Origin: an uncultured Actinomycetota bacterium
Lineage (GTDB): Bacteria > Actinomycetota > Humimicrobiia > Humimicrobiales > Humimicrobiaceae
Reading direction: 5' to 3'
Assembly (NCBI GenBank): GCA_964517765.1
Contig: CAZFEN010000001.1
Location: 34,345 to 98,344 of the forward strand
DNA: 64,000 bases
This document shows, one piece after another, positions 37,716 to 47,913 of this stretch (the first letter of the stretch is position 1; each line of letters opens with the position of its first letter). The position numbers and the translations under genes are program-made. The notes beneath the pieces are model-generated. The model did not search any database, had not been told where the DNA came from, and saw only the letters and a program-made list of their open reading frames with translations.

Positions 37716-39080
37716 ATGATTGGGAATATGTCCAGTTTAAAAGACAGAAGATCATTAAGATTATCAATAATTTCTTTAATATTTGCACTTTTTTTATTAT
37801 TAAGCACCGTATCCTGTAATTTATTTAGTCCTATAACAGAAACAGGTACGGAAACAACAGAAGAGGAAACTGCCGAAAATGGAGAAGGTGAACAGACAAA
37901 CGGAGGGGGACTTGAAGCATCTATAACTCTATGGGACTGCCTTGGACCCGGAGAGAGGCTGACACTGATGGAGAATGTGAATAATTTTATGGTCGAAAAC
38001 AGCCTTATCGATATAGAGACCAGGCATTTCAGAAGTCAGGAGGAGCTTGAAGATCAATTCGAAGCTGCAAGTCTTGCCGGTGCAGGACCTGAATTGCTGC
38101 TGCTGAATTTTAATGGTATACAAAGACTTGTTCCCGGAAGCGTGGTAAAAGAAATAATAGATGAAGCAGATTATTCTTTATTCATAGATGGTCTTGTCGA
38201 GATTTCCATGTATAACTCCAGAAATTATATGATTCCTTTTAGAAGTTTTGATTTTTTGACGCTTTTTTATAATAAGGACCTGCTAGATGAACCTCCCGCA
38301 AGTTTCGAGGAAGTTGTCGAATATTGCAAAGAGGTGAATAATTTTGGATCTGATATTTACGGACTGCTGTTAAATACCGGTGCAGCCGACTGGATAATAC
38401 CTTTTATAGGAGGATATGAAGACTGGATTGTCGATTACAGCACCAATTCGCTGACGCTGGATAATCAGGCAACTGTAAAGACACTTGAATTTTTATCCTA
38501 TATATACAATGAAGAAAGAATAATGCCCTTTAATATGGAATATGGGGAGATAAATGAATTATTTAAAAGTGGAAATGTTCACATGATAATCGATAATATC
38601 CAGATGATAGATGAATACAGAGAAGCGGGATTAAACACGGGCATAGCAAAAATTCCCCGGGTCTGGCAGGGTGACAGGTATCCTACACCTATGATTTCAG
38701 GTCTCGGTTTCATGATAAATGTTAATTGTTATGGCAATAAACTTACGGCGGTAAATGATTTTATGCAGTATATGTTATCTGAAGAAGTTCAGATAGGCTG
38801 GACTTCAGCAACAGACACTTTTCCGGTTTTAAAAAATATCGATAGAAACGAGACAATTATAAATAATGAAATCATCTATAACGCTTTTCAGCAGGCAAAA
38901 ATATGCAGGGGAAAGCCTGATGAAGAACTCATAATGGTGATAAGAGATGCAATAAAGGATAATATCGAAAGCGTCATATCCGGAGGTGTACTTCCCGAAG
39001 ATGCAGCGTTAAAAATCCAGGAAGATGCGTTGAGATTAAGATCCGGTGATATTTCCATTGAAGAAGCAGAAGAAGAATAA
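37716..39080 (+). CDS. extracellular solute-binding lipoprotein (ABC family-1 SBP-like); no permease genes adjacent
   Basis: Lipoprotein signal (LLSTVSC); overall SBP_bac_1-like composition; acidic linker. Confidence 0.5.
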   Translation: MIGNMSSLKDRRSLRLSIISLIFALFLLLSTVSCNLFSPITETGTETTEEETAENGEGEQTNGGGLEASITLWDCLGPGERLTLMENVNNFMVENSLIDIETRHFRSQEELEDQFEAASLAGAGPELLLLNFNGIQRLVPGSVVKEIIDEADYSLFIDGLVEISMYNSRNYMIPFRSFDFLTLFYNKDLLDEPPASFEEVVEYCKEVNNFGSDIYGLLLNTGAADWIIPFIGGYEDWIVDYSTNSLTLDNQATVKTLEFLSYIYNEERIMPFNMEYGEINELFKSGNVHMIIDNIQMIDEYREAGLNTGIAKIPRVWQGDRYPTPMISGLGFMINVNCYGNKLTAVNDFMQYMLSEEVQIGWTSATDTFPVLKNIDRNETIINNEIIYNAFQQAKICRGKPDEELIMVIRDAIKDNIESVISGGVLPEDAALKIQEDALRLRSGDISIEEAEEE

Positions 39081-39116
39081 ATATTTAAAGTCCTGAAACA
39101 GCAGGGAGAAATTAAA

Positions 39117-40205
39117 ATGGATGAAGGAAGCGAGTTCAGATCTTTCTTTGTGAAAAGTCTGATAATAATACTCGCATCAATAATTTTTTTGGTTGTCGGC
39201 GGAGCAAGCATGCTTGGAATTCTGGCTGTGATCAATAAAGTATCCATTGCGGATTTATTTAAGGGAGAAAGTATCGAAAGCGGGCAGCAAACCGGGCACA
39301 ACAGAGAGACCTTACTTAATGAATTAGATGACGCAATAAGCAGGGTTGTAGAAGAAATAACACCTTCTGTGGTACACATAGACGTGACCGTAATTGGTCA
39401 GGATATATTCGGGCAAACACAGGAACAGGAGGGGATAGGTTCCGGAGTGATTTATACCGAAAATGGTTATATTATAACCAATAGTCATGTAGCTGGTGAC
39501 GCAGAAAAACTGGTAGTGATCTTATATGATGGCAGTGAATATACTGCGGAACTGGTAGGAGCAGATGAAAGAAATGACGTCGCAGTCATAAAGATAGAGG
39601 CAAATGGCCTTAAAGCCGCCAGTTTTGATTCCATGGATGATGTGAAAGTGGGAGATATAGTTATTGCAGTAGGAAGTCCTTATGGACTTGATCAGACAAT
39701 AACGCTGGGGGTGGTAAGCGCAAAAGGAAGAGATATTACGATTCCTGTTAATCTGATCCAGACAGATGCAGCAATAAATCCAGGCAACAGCGGAGGTCCG
39801 CTGGTAAACTCGGACGGGGAAGTAATAGGAATCAATACTCTGACAACAACAGGTACGAGTATAGGATTTGCTGTTCCCAGCAATACAGTGGTCGGCATTG
39901 CCGAACAGATTATCGAATTCGGAAAAGCAAGAATTCCTTATATGGGTATAGAAATGTCTGAAAGCACAGGCAGCATAAGCGGAGTATATATCAGTAATGT
40001 TCCGGAAGGATATCCGGCAGAAGAGTCCGGAATAAAAGCCGGTGATATAATTGTTGAAATAGATAATGTAAAGGTAAGTGATCCATATGAGTTGTTTGCT
40101 CAGATTATAAGACACGACATAGGAGACGAGGTAACAGTCAAAATATATAGAGATGGAGACTATTTAACTATTACGCTTGAGTTGGCTGAAGCACCTGAGG
40201 ATTAA
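39117..40205 (+). CDS. HtrA/DegP-family serine protease (trypsin-like S1C + PDZ)
   Basis: Catalytic triad contexts TNSHVAGD, ERNDVAVIKI, NPGNSGGPLVN; C-terminal PDZ; N-terminal TM. Confidence 0.85.
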   Translation: MDEGSEFRSFFVKSLIIILASIIFLVVGGASMLGILAVINKVSIADLFKGESIESGQQTGHNRETLLNELDDAISRVVEEITPSVVHIDVTVIGQDIFGQTQEQEGIGSGVIYTENGYIITNSHVAGDAEKLVVILYDGSEYTAELVGADERNDVAVIKIEANGLKAASFDSMDDVKVGDIVIAVGSPYGLDQTITLGVVSAKGRDITIPVNLIQTDAAINPGNSGGPLVNSDGEVIGINTLTTTGTSIGFAVPSNTVVGIAEQIIEFGKARIPYMGIEMSESTGSISGVYISNVPEGYPAEESGIKAGDIIVEIDNVKVSDPYELFAQIIRHDIGDEVTVKIYRDGDYLTITLELAEAPED

Positions 40206-40281
40206 GACATAAAACCAGCAGAGTCATCCGGGGAAAGGATAATATTGGATAAAAATAAAAAAAAGGACCGGGTATCACGAA

Positions 40282-40839
40282 GTGGATGAAAGAGCATTAA
40301 TCGCAAAATCAAAAAGGGGAGACAAAGCTGCTTTCGAAGAACTGGTCAGACAATTCTCTAAATATGTCTACACCACAGCATTTTTTATATTGAGGGATAC
40401 ACATGAAGCGGAAGACGTGAGCCAGGAAGTCTTCGTAAAAGTATACCTGTCCGTAAAAGGTTTCAGGGGACTATCCAGCTTCAAGACCTGGATAAGAAAA
40501 CTTACAGTCAATACATGTATCGATAAATTAAGACTGCGTTCGAAAACAAAAGATAAAAAAGTAAGCCTTGAAAAGATTACGGAGGAATATGAGGTAGTTT
40601 TTACCAGATTTGACCAGAGTCTTGAAAAGAGCTTTTTTAATAAGGAGACCGTAAAAGAAGTATTAAAAATCGTGGTAAGTCTTGACGAGAGTTATCGAAT
40701 ACCACTGATTTTAAGGGATCTGCAGGATTATAGCTATAGGGAAATATCGGAACTTACCGGTAAACCCATAGGAACGGTAAAGACAAATATACACCGGGCC
40801 AGGAAGATAATTAAAGATAAATTAAAGACTTATAGATGA
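40282..40839 (+). CDS. ECF (sigma-70 family group 4) sigma factor
   Basis: 185 aa; region-2 and region-4 HTH (YREISELTGKPIGTVKTNIHRARK). Confidence 0.8.
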   Translation: MDERALIAKSKRGDKAAFEELVRQFSKYVYTTAFFILRDTHEAEDVSQEVFVKVYLSVKGFRGLSSFKTWIRKLTVNTCIDKLRLRSKTKDKKVSLEKITEEYEVVFTRFDQSLEKSFFNKETVKEVLKIVVSLDESYRIPLILRDLQDYSYREISELTGKPIGTVKTNIHRARKIIKDKLKTYR

Positions 40840-40916
40840 TTGGATTATGAATTGAAACAAAATAAATTAATTTCAATCTATTATATTGTGCCTTAAACCC
40901 TTTAGGATTTTTAAAA

Positions 40917-41255
40917 ATGAATAATATAAATAAATATTTAAAAATTGCAAAAGATGCTGTCATCCAGCCTTACGACGATATAGATAAAAAGATAATAAAT
41001 AGAATATCTAATATAAACAAGCGGGATGAAAAGCTGCTTGATAATGAGTTTCTGGATTATTTAAAGAAAAATAACTCCAGGATTTATCTGCTTATTGAAA
41101 AAATCAAGAACAATCCGGCATTTTTTGCGGCTCTGGCAATAGCAGGAGTTTTTATTATTGTTTTTATGGCTTTTATTTTTAAAATATTTTTAGATGAGGA
41201 AAAAATTGGTGGAGATAACCATCAATTACCGTCTTCTAAAGATGATACACAATAG
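40917..41255 (+). CDS. putative single-pass membrane anti-sigma factor (by position)
   Basis: 112 aa, one TM helix, immediately downstream of the ECF sigma; no zinc-binding HxxxCxxC. Confidence 0.35.
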   Translation: MNNINKYLKIAKDAVIQPYDDIDKKIINRISNINKRDEKLLDNEFLDYLKKNNSRIYLLIEKIKNNPAFFAALAIAGVFIIVFMAFIFKIFLDEEKIGGDNHQLPSSKDDTQ

Positions 41256-41426
41256 AAAAAATACCAGAATGATTATCCAGAACCAGGGATTGGTGAGCAG
41301 ATTCCTTATTGGTTCATATCCTATTTTACCAAAAGCTTTTGTAAGTACATTCCCTAACCAGGAATACATGGTTATAAAAAAAGATTTAATATTTTCGGCT
41401 GTAAAAAAATTCTTTATTGCTTCCAT
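41226..41426 (-). CDS. possible small membrane protein (66 aa)
   Basis: ORF with C-terminal TM helix in an otherwise empty 290-bp gap; TTACAA-16-TAGAAT promoter-like upstream; overlaps anti-sigma end by 30 nt. Confidence 0.25.
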   Translation of the reverse strand: MEAIKNFFTAENIKSFFITMYSWLGNVLTKAFGKIGYEPIRNLLTNPWFWIIILVFFLLCIIFRRR

Positions 41427-41543
41427 ATTTTATAGATTCTACCGTTTATTTGATATTTTGTAAAATTATAATCATAGCGGGAATAAAGGAAAATTGTTTA
41501 TAAAATAAAATATTATTTTTGTAAAAAAGTAAGGAGGTGTATT

Positions 41544-42920
41544 TTGCGCTATTTCAAACTCAGGGAAAGAAATACCAGCGTCAGGACAGAAATTATTGCC
41601 GGGATCACTACTTTCATGACCATGGCTTATATAATTTTTGTCAATCCGGCTATTCTATCTCAGGGTGGTACAACAGGAATTCCTTTTGAAGCAGCAGTCA
41701 TTGCTACCTGTATGGGTGCAGGGCTGATGAGTATATTAATGGGGCTGCTTACCAATACTCCTTTTGCACTTGCCTCGGGAATGGGAATCAATGCAATAGT
41801 TGTTTTTACCATTATTTTCGGTCTGGGAATGAGCTGGCAGCAGGCAATGGGAATTATTGTCATTGAGGGAATAATCGTGACCATATTTGTATTGACGGGC
41901 CTTCGCAGCATGATAATGAGGGCAATACCAATGGGCTTAAAATATGCCATTGGGGTTGGAATCGGTCTTTTTATTGCGTTTATTGGTGCGCAGGAAGCGG
42001 GTTTTGTGGGCATTAGTCCTGCTACTGCAGTGACACTTGGAGATTTTACCGCTCATTATACCCAGCTGGCAGCTTTTGGCCTGGTGCTTACAGTGATCCT
42101 GGTTGCGTTCAGGATAAAGGGAGGAATATTACTGGGAATCGTTGGTACAGCAATTGCAGGAATGGCGTTTAGAATAATTCCTTTTCCTACAAGGTTCATA
42201 AGCGTTCCGACAAAAGAAAGTTTTGCAACCTTTTTCCAGGCAGATATTGTAGGAGCTGTGTGGAGCAAGGGGATGTTGAACGTAGCTGCGCTGGTTATGA
42301 TTTTTGCCCTGTTTATGACAGATTTTTTTGATACCATGGGTACGGTGATCGGTGTAGGCGGGGAAGCTGGTCTGCTGGATAAGGATGGCAGTCTTCCTAA
42401 TTTAAAAAGGGTTCTTCTGGTCGACTCTCTGGCAGCAGTGACAGGAGGTTTATTTGGCGCCAGCTCGATTACAACTTATATTGAAAGTGCTTCCGGCGTA
42501 TCCGATGGCGGAAGAACTGGTATCATGCCTACCATGACCGGATTTTTATTTCTGATCTCTATATTTTTTGCTCCATTGATCGCAGTGGTTGGAGGCGGTG
42601 TGGAAATAGCGGAAGGTGTCACCAAATACCCTGTCACGGCTCCGGCTTTGATTGTAGTCGGATTCTTGATGATGTCAGTTATGAGTAAAATCGATTTTAA
42701 GGATTATGAGATTGCGATACCGGCCTTTTTGACCATAATAATAATGCCTTTCACTTACAGTATTTCATACGGGATAGGATTCGGTTTTATAAGTTATACT
42801 TTAATAAAACTATTTAGAGGAAAATTTAGAGATTTACATCCACTTATGATCATAGTAAGTGCATTGTTTGCACTTGCTTTTGTTGCCGAAGCATTGGCCA
42901 AAAAGTTTGCAGGAAGTTAA
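41544..42920 (+). CDS. NCS2-family purine permease (AzgA/PbuG-like adenine/guanine/hypoxanthine transporter), TTG start
   Basis: 458 aa; N-terminus MRYFKLRERNTSVRTEIIAGITTFMTMAYIIFVNP is typical of AzgA-type permeases; RBS AAGGAGG. Confidence 0.8.
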   Translation: MRYFKLRERNTSVRTEIIAGITTFMTMAYIIFVNPAILSQGGTTGIPFEAAVIATCMGAGLMSILMGLLTNTPFALASGMGINAIVVFTIIFGLGMSWQQAMGIIVIEGIIVTIFVLTGLRSMIMRAIPMGLKYAIGVGIGLFIAFIGAQEAGFVGISPATAVTLGDFTAHYTQLAAFGLVLTVILVAFRIKGGILLGIVGTAIAGMAFRIIPFPTRFISVPTKESFATFFQADIVGAVWSKGMLNVAALVMIFALFMTDFFDTMGTVIGVGGEAGLLDKDGSLPNLKRVLLVDSLAAVTGGLFGASSITTYIESASGVSDGGRTGIMPTMTGFLFLISIFFAPLIAVVGGGVEIAEGVTKYPVTAPALIVVGFLMMSVMSKIDFKDYEIAIPAFLTIIIMPFTYSISYGIGFGFISYTLIKLFRGKFRDLHPLMIIVSALFALAFVAEALAKKFAGS

Positions 42921-43038
42921 GATATACTATTTAAGAATCAGATACAGAAATTGGGGAATACTGGCCGGTATTGGGCACCGGCCAGTATTATTAATTTAAC
43001 AGGAAGTAGAATTTTTTTAATGCTCTTTATGAAATCAG

Positions 43039-44832
43039 ATGAAAAGAATAATTTACCACTCAATATTAATTATTTTAATTTTATTTGTACTTGCTCTTAG
43101 TGTTGGTTGTTGTCCCATATTCGAAAATATAAACAATTGGATTTCTAATGATAATAACAACGGGACCGGTAGAACCACAGACTCCGACAACACAGAAGAA
43201 ACTGCAGAGAAGAGGACAGAAAATATCCAACCCATTGCTGTATTGAAGGTATACCAGCAGAATTCCAACAGTGATTATTTTACTGTGGGCAATCCGGTAT
43301 ATTTCTCTGCTGCGGATTCATCTGATGCCAATGGCGACATTTTGAGGTTCCAATGGGAGATAGGGGATACAGTTATATCGGACGATGAAAAGGCTTCATA
43401 TATTTTTAACAGCACCGGAAAATATGAAGTAACCCTTACAGTCGATGATGGAACAAGTACAGTTGAAGCCTCAAAACAGATTTATCTGGTAGAGATTCCT
43501 GTAAATATTTCAATAAAAAGAGAGTACGAGATAACGGTTAGTATTGAATACGCTATCATAAACGAAGGGCCCGGAAACATTAAAGACATTACCTGTCTAT
43601 TCGAGATCCCTCAAACATACCAGCCTTTTCAGATTATAAAAAGCATCAAGTACAGTCAGGGTAAAACCGGGGATATTTATAGCGACGACTACAATTTATT
43701 AGAGAGATTCGATCTGGGCGATCTTGCTGCCGGAGAATCATCTATAGCATATATAAATTGTGATGCAGTGCTTTATGAATATGAATATGCACAAATATCT
43801 GATGGGGAGTATTCTTATGATCCGGAAGACAGCGATCTGTCACTTTATACGGTCAGTGAGTATTATATAAATAGCGATTCACAGCAAATAAAATCTGCGG
43901 TCAAATCTGTGACAGGAGAGGAAACGGATCCCGTAAAGATTGCAGAAAAACTCTACGATTTTGTAATTGATAAAATGGTATATGATGAGGAGAAGCTGGC
44001 TCTGGGAATATCCGATTATTTATATGCTTCGGAAATTCTGCGTAATGGCAAAGGGGTTTGTACCGACTACTCTATCTTATATACGGCTTTATGCAGAGCT
44101 GCAGGAATTCCAGCAAAATTCGTACAGGGACTTCCTATTTTTAGTATAGTCTCAGAAGGAAAAGGCGAGCTTCCATACGGCCATGCCTGGGTTGAAATAA
44201 AACTTCCCGGATACGGATGGATCCCTGTAGACATAACCGCAGAAGGTGGTTTTATGGCTTATAATTACTATCTTAACATGGAAACTTATAAGGGGTCCGG
44301 AGTATTTTATAAAAGCCTTCTAATCGAGGGAGAAGATTATTATCCCGCAGGATTTTATTATTTTTGGGAAGGAGATATTAAACCGGAAGTAAGGAGGGAG
44401 GAAGTCTACAGAGTAAGCGGACTGAATCCGGAAGATCTGAGTGTAATATCGGAAAAGGAATTTTTGGACGAAATCGGATCGGTTCTTTCCGAATATAACG
44501 CCGCTTTAATTCATATCAACCAGGCCCATTCCGAAGGCTGGAAATTCAACGATGAGCAGGAAATTGCCATAGAAGAAACTCTCCTGACAAGACTAATAGA
44601 GCTTTCACAAAAGTTGAAAAATGCTGCTTATTCGGAAAACAATGCTGTCGATAGAGGTAATCTGATTGCAATATCGGAAGAAATAATTCTTCATAAAGAA
44701 GCACAAATACATTGTATGAAAACAAGCAATCATGATTGTTCCCAGAGCGAATACAATATATTTCTCGATTCTCTGAAAAGATTGTTTGATTATTATAATA
44801 ATATGGTAGAAAATTTCAAACAGAAATATTAA
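43039..44832 (+). CDS. secreted lipoprotein with PKD domain and transglutaminase-like cysteine-protease core
   Basis: Lipobox (SVGCC); PKD-like segment (FQWEIGDT...YEVTLTVDDG); transglutaminase core (GKGVCTDYSILYTALCRAAGIPAKF ... GHAWVEI ... IPVDIT). Confidence 0.7.
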   Translation: MKRIIYHSILIILILFVLALSVGCCPIFENINNWISNDNNNGTGRTTDSDNTEETAEKRTENIQPIAVLKVYQQNSNSDYFTVGNPVYFSAADSSDANGDILRFQWEIGDTVISDDEKASYIFNSTGKYEVTLTVDDGTSTVEASKQIYLVEIPVNISIKREYEITVSIEYAIINEGPGNIKDITCLFEIPQTYQPFQIIKSIKYSQGKTGDIYSDDYNLLERFDLGDLAAGESSIAYINCDAVLYEYEYAQISDGEYSYDPEDSDLSLYTVSEYYINSDSQQIKSAVKSVTGEETDPVKIAEKLYDFVIDKMVYDEEKLALGISDYLYASEILRNGKGVCTDYSILYTALCRAAGIPAKFVQGLPIFSIVSEGKGELPYGHAWVEIKLPGYGWIPVDITAEGGFMAYNYYLNMETYKGSGVFYKSLLIEGEDYYPAGFYYFWEGDIKPEVRREEVYRVSGLNPEDLSVISEKEFLDEIGSVLSEYNAALIHINQAHSEGWKFNDEQEIAIEETLLTRLIELSQKLKNAAYSENNAVDRGNLIAISEEIILHKEAQIHCMKTSNHDCSQSEYNIFLDSLKRLFDYYNNMVENFKQKY

Positions 44833-44849
44833 AAGGTATTCAGATAAAA

Positions 44850-45680
44850 ATGTTATATCAGAAAATACTTATCGGAGTTGCTTCGGTTATAGCAGTGGCC
44901 GTAATTATTTATTTGTTTCTGGCAATATATAAATTCCTGACTCAGTCAATTGAGGTGTTTCATCCCAAAAAGAAAATTACGCTAACTCCGTTCGACATAA
45001 GATTGTATTTCGAAGAAGTCTTTTTCAAATCTTCCGATGGAATTAATATTTCAGGCTGGTTTGTACCTGTAAGAAACAGCAGGGGAGTAATGCTGGTTTT
45101 TCATGGTAACGGAGAGAATGTCTCAGATGGATTGACATTGATAGATTATATCAAAAGAAGAATGGGCCTGACTGTTTTTATAATCGATTATCGAGGATAT
45201 GGTAAAAGTGAAGGCAAGCCTACCGAGAAGGGAACTTATCTTGATGCCAGAGCAGCCTGGGAGTATTTGACTGGCTCCAGAAAAATAAAACCCCAGAACA
45301 TTATAATCTTTGGCCGGTCACTGGGCGGTCCAATCGCAGCCTGGCTGGCAAAAGAAGTGAAGCCCAGAGCATTGATTCTTGACTCCACTTTTACTTCCAT
45401 CAAGGATCTGGCGGCTCAGATGTATCCTTATTTGCCTGTAAGAAAATTCTTCAGGTTTAATTATCCTACTATTGAATATTTAAAAGAAATAACAAGTCCG
45501 GTTCTTATAATTCACAGCAGCGAAGATTACTACATCCCCTTTTCTCATGCAATAAGGTTATATAATGCTGCAAAAGAGCCCAAACAGTTTTTGAAAATAG
45601 AGGGTAAACATAATAATAACTATATAAAATCTGAAAAAATTTACATAGAGGGTATAAAATATTTTATTTCGGGTTATTAA
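44850..45680 (+). CDS. alpha/beta hydrolase (membrane-anchored, BAAT/FrsA-like)
   Basis: HGNGEN and nucleophile elbow GRSLGG; N-terminal TM. Confidence 0.7.
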   Translation: MLYQKILIGVASVIAVAVIIYLFLAIYKFLTQSIEVFHPKKKITLTPFDIRLYFEEVFFKSSDGINISGWFVPVRNSRGVMLVFHGNGENVSDGLTLIDYIKRRMGLTVFIIDYRGYGKSEGKPTEKGTYLDARAAWEYLTGSRKIKPQNIIIFGRSLGGPIAAWLAKEVKPRALILDSTFTSIKDLAAQMYPYLPVRKFFRFNYPTIEYLKEITSPVLIIHSSEDYYIPFSHAIRLYNAAKEPKQFLKIEGKHNNNYIKSEKIYIEGIKYFISGY

Positions 45681-45685
45681 AGATA

Positions 45686-46339
45686 TTAAGAGATCTCTTT
45701 TTTCATAAATATCCAGTCCCGGTATCCGGTGTACTTTCCAGCAATCCATGAGGATCTTTTTATTTGCTCGATAAAACCAATTTTTTTATACAGGTCATAA
45801 GCATTATTATTAAGACGAGCTACCCAGAGCTTTAAGACGCTTTTTCTGTTTTCTCTGGCAAAGTCTTCCACAAAAGACAGCATTTTTTTAGCAACACCCC
45901 GTCTCCTGCTTCGGGCATCAACGGCGACATTATCTATATATATGGTCTTATTATCCAATCGGGGGATTTCCTTTGATGTTAAAACGAATGCTCTAATAGC
46001 CCTTTGCAAACCCAGATTTTCAAGGTAATCCCGGAAATTTTTGGTGTGACTTTTAATATTTTCGATAGTCACAACCTCGATGATCCCTGCTATTTTACTA
46101 TCTATTATTGCATTAAAATATCTTCCCGTATTAATATTCATTGAAATTTCCGACCTGACAATATCCATAGCAGCTTTCTTTCTGTTGCTGTATATGTATT
46201 TTAGTTTTTCATAGAATGCATCGAATTCTATTCTGAGGTAATCATCAAGGTCTTCGAGCTTTAAATTGCTCAATTTGATACCGGAAAAATTGTTTTCTGG
46301 ATTCTTGCCGCTATTCATCCGGTATGTCTTTCTTATCAA
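45686..46339 (-). CDS. GNAT-family N-acetyltransferase
   Basis: Acetyl-CoA motif RRRGVAKKML. Confidence 0.7.
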   Translation of the reverse strand: MIRKTYRMNSGKNPENNFSGIKLSNLKLEDLDDYLRIEFDAFYEKLKYIYSNRKKAAMDIVRSEISMNINTGRYFNAIIDSKIAGIIEVVTIENIKSHTKNFRDYLENLGLQRAIRAFVLTSKEIPRLDNKTIYIDNVAVDARSRRRGVAKKMLSFVEDFARENRKSVLKLWVARLNNNAYDLYKKIGFIEQIKRSSWIAGKYTGYRDWIFMKKEIS

Positions 46340-46535
46340 GCAGCTCTTGAGCTTTTTTTAAATTTTTTTTATTGGTGATAAGCTTAACCCCTCTTATGCT
46401 TTGCAAAGAAGGATAATTCTGGCCGGCATCATCGGAGATTATCTCGGTTTTAATGCCAAAACTTTCCAGATAACCTCTGGCTATTTCTGCTTCTATCCTG
46501 GAGTTAAAAATTTTTACTACCGGTAATTTATCCAT
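46311..46535 (-). CDS. DUF2007-like small protein (putative signal-transducing, PII-like fold)
   Basis: 74 aa; pattern IEAEIARGYLESFGI. Confidence 0.45.
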   Translation of the reverse strand: MDKLPVVKIFNSRIEAEIARGYLESFGIKTEIISDDAGQNYPSLQSIRGVKLITNKKNLKKAQELLDKKDIPDE

Positions 46536-46779
46536 TTTTTGTCCCTTTGATTTACATTAATTATATAATTATATTCTGAATATAAATTACTTTACATGTT
46601 TGGATCATTTCAGGGATAGCAAGGATTATAACACTTTAACTGTATTTTATCATATTGGAAGGAACTTTTATTTGAAGAATTAATGTCTATGATATACACT
46701 ATTTTAAGATTCTGTTAAAAAATCCAACTATTGCTGTGGATATATTTAAGCAAACAAATATAAAATTTGGAAAAGCTTT

Positions 46780-47901
46780 ATGATTCAAAAATCACTTCTT
46801 TTAAAAATATATGAAGCTGCCAGCATGCAGAGGTGGAATGATCAGATCCGCACCATAGAACTTACGGAACTGGATAAGCAGTCTCACAAGATGGTCGTTG
46901 CTTATATTCTCGGTAGATGTGAAGAAGACATAACTCACAGAGAAATCGATTGGATTGAAATAATAGAGAATGGCCTTTTTGAATTTTTGAAAAGGATAAT
47001 TTTGACCGATTTAAAACCTCCTTTAATCTACAGGATAAAGGAAGATAAGAAACAATACGAAAAGTTAAACTACTGGGTTTTTGAGAGGATAAGATCATTT
47101 ACCGAACAGGTAAGCGAAGACTTCAATTTGCGTTTTAAAAAATATCTTCTGGAAGAGAAGGAGACCGTTGAAAGAAAAATTGTAAATGCGGCCCATTTCT
47201 ATGTGACAAAGTGGGAATTCGACATTATCAAGCGGGCAAACCCGAGGGTTTATTTAACCGAAGAGATTGTCGAAAGTATTTACAGGGAGCAGAAAAAGTA
47301 CAATGATCTTGCGTGTATGCAGTTTTTTTCTAAAAAAAGAAATTTAATGAATTTTGCGGATATATGCGGTCAGCTCCGTTTCCAGCAGAGATGGAGCCAT
47401 CTTTACCGCATTCCTAAAACCTCCGTACTGGGCCATATGTTGATTGTAGCCATATTTTCATTTTTATTTTCATGCGAAGCAAATCTAAGAAAAATAAACT
47501 GTATAAATAATTACTTCACCGGACTTTTCCATGACCTGCCCGAGGTTTTGACCAGAGATGTGATCAATCCGGTAAAAAAATCCGTTGAAGGACTTGATGA
47601 GCTTATAAAGGACTACGAAGTCGAAGAAATGGAGAAAAAAATATATAAACTGATTCCCGTAAAGTGGCAAAAAGATATAAGGATGTTTACGGAAGACGAA
47701 TTTTCCGATAAAAGTAACAGAAACGGTAAGCTGGTTAAAGGAGCGGATGATCTGGCTGCGTTTATTGAAGTCTATCTTGCACTGAAAAACGGAATAAGAA
47801 ATGAAAGCATGATCTATGCAAGGAAAAAGTTAGCCGGCAAGTATGGATCCATGAAAATAGAGGGAATAGATTTTGGAAAGATTTATGCCGGTTTCGAATA
47901 G
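46780..47901 (+). CDS. tandem HD-domain protein of the YfbR (5'-deoxynucleotidase) type; N-terminal copy degenerate, C-terminal copy intact
   Basis: C-terminal half RWSHLYRIPKTSVLGHMLIVA...FHDLPEVLTRDVINPVKK matches YfbR RW...H...HD...E..TGD..PVK; N-terminal half MQRWND...H...FEFLKRIILTDLKPP lacks HD. Confidence 0.6.
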   Translation: MIQKSLLLKIYEAASMQRWNDQIRTIELTELDKQSHKMVVAYILGRCEEDITHREIDWIEIIENGLFEFLKRIILTDLKPPLIYRIKEDKKQYEKLNYWVFERIRSFTEQVSEDFNLRFKKYLLEEKETVERKIVNAAHFYVTKWEFDIIKRANPRVYLTEEIVESIYREQKKYNDLACMQFFSKKRNLMNFADICGQLRFQQRWSHLYRIPKTSVLGHMLIVAIFSFLFSCEANLRKINCINNYFTGLFHDLPEVLTRDVINPVKKSVEGLDELIKDYEVEEMEKKIYKLIPVKWQKDIRMFTEDEFSDKSNRNGKLVKGADDLAAFIEVYLALKNGIRNESMIYARKKLAGKYGSMKIEGIDFGKIYAGFE

Positions 47902-47913
47902 CCGGTTAATTCT

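Noticed and set aside
41194-41463. 89-aa plus-strand ORF
   Set aside because: Overlaps the end of the anti-sigma ORF and the more plausible minus-strand small membrane ORF; arginine/isoleucine-rich without structure.
41256-41543. Possible purine riboswitch upstream of the NCS2 purine permease (contains TATAGATTCTACCGTTTAT)
   Set aside because: Only the UUCUACC fragment resembles the riboswitch J2/3 element; the required order UAUA-P2-GAUAUGG-P2'-GUUUCUACC-P3-CCGUAAA-P3'-CUAUG is not present.
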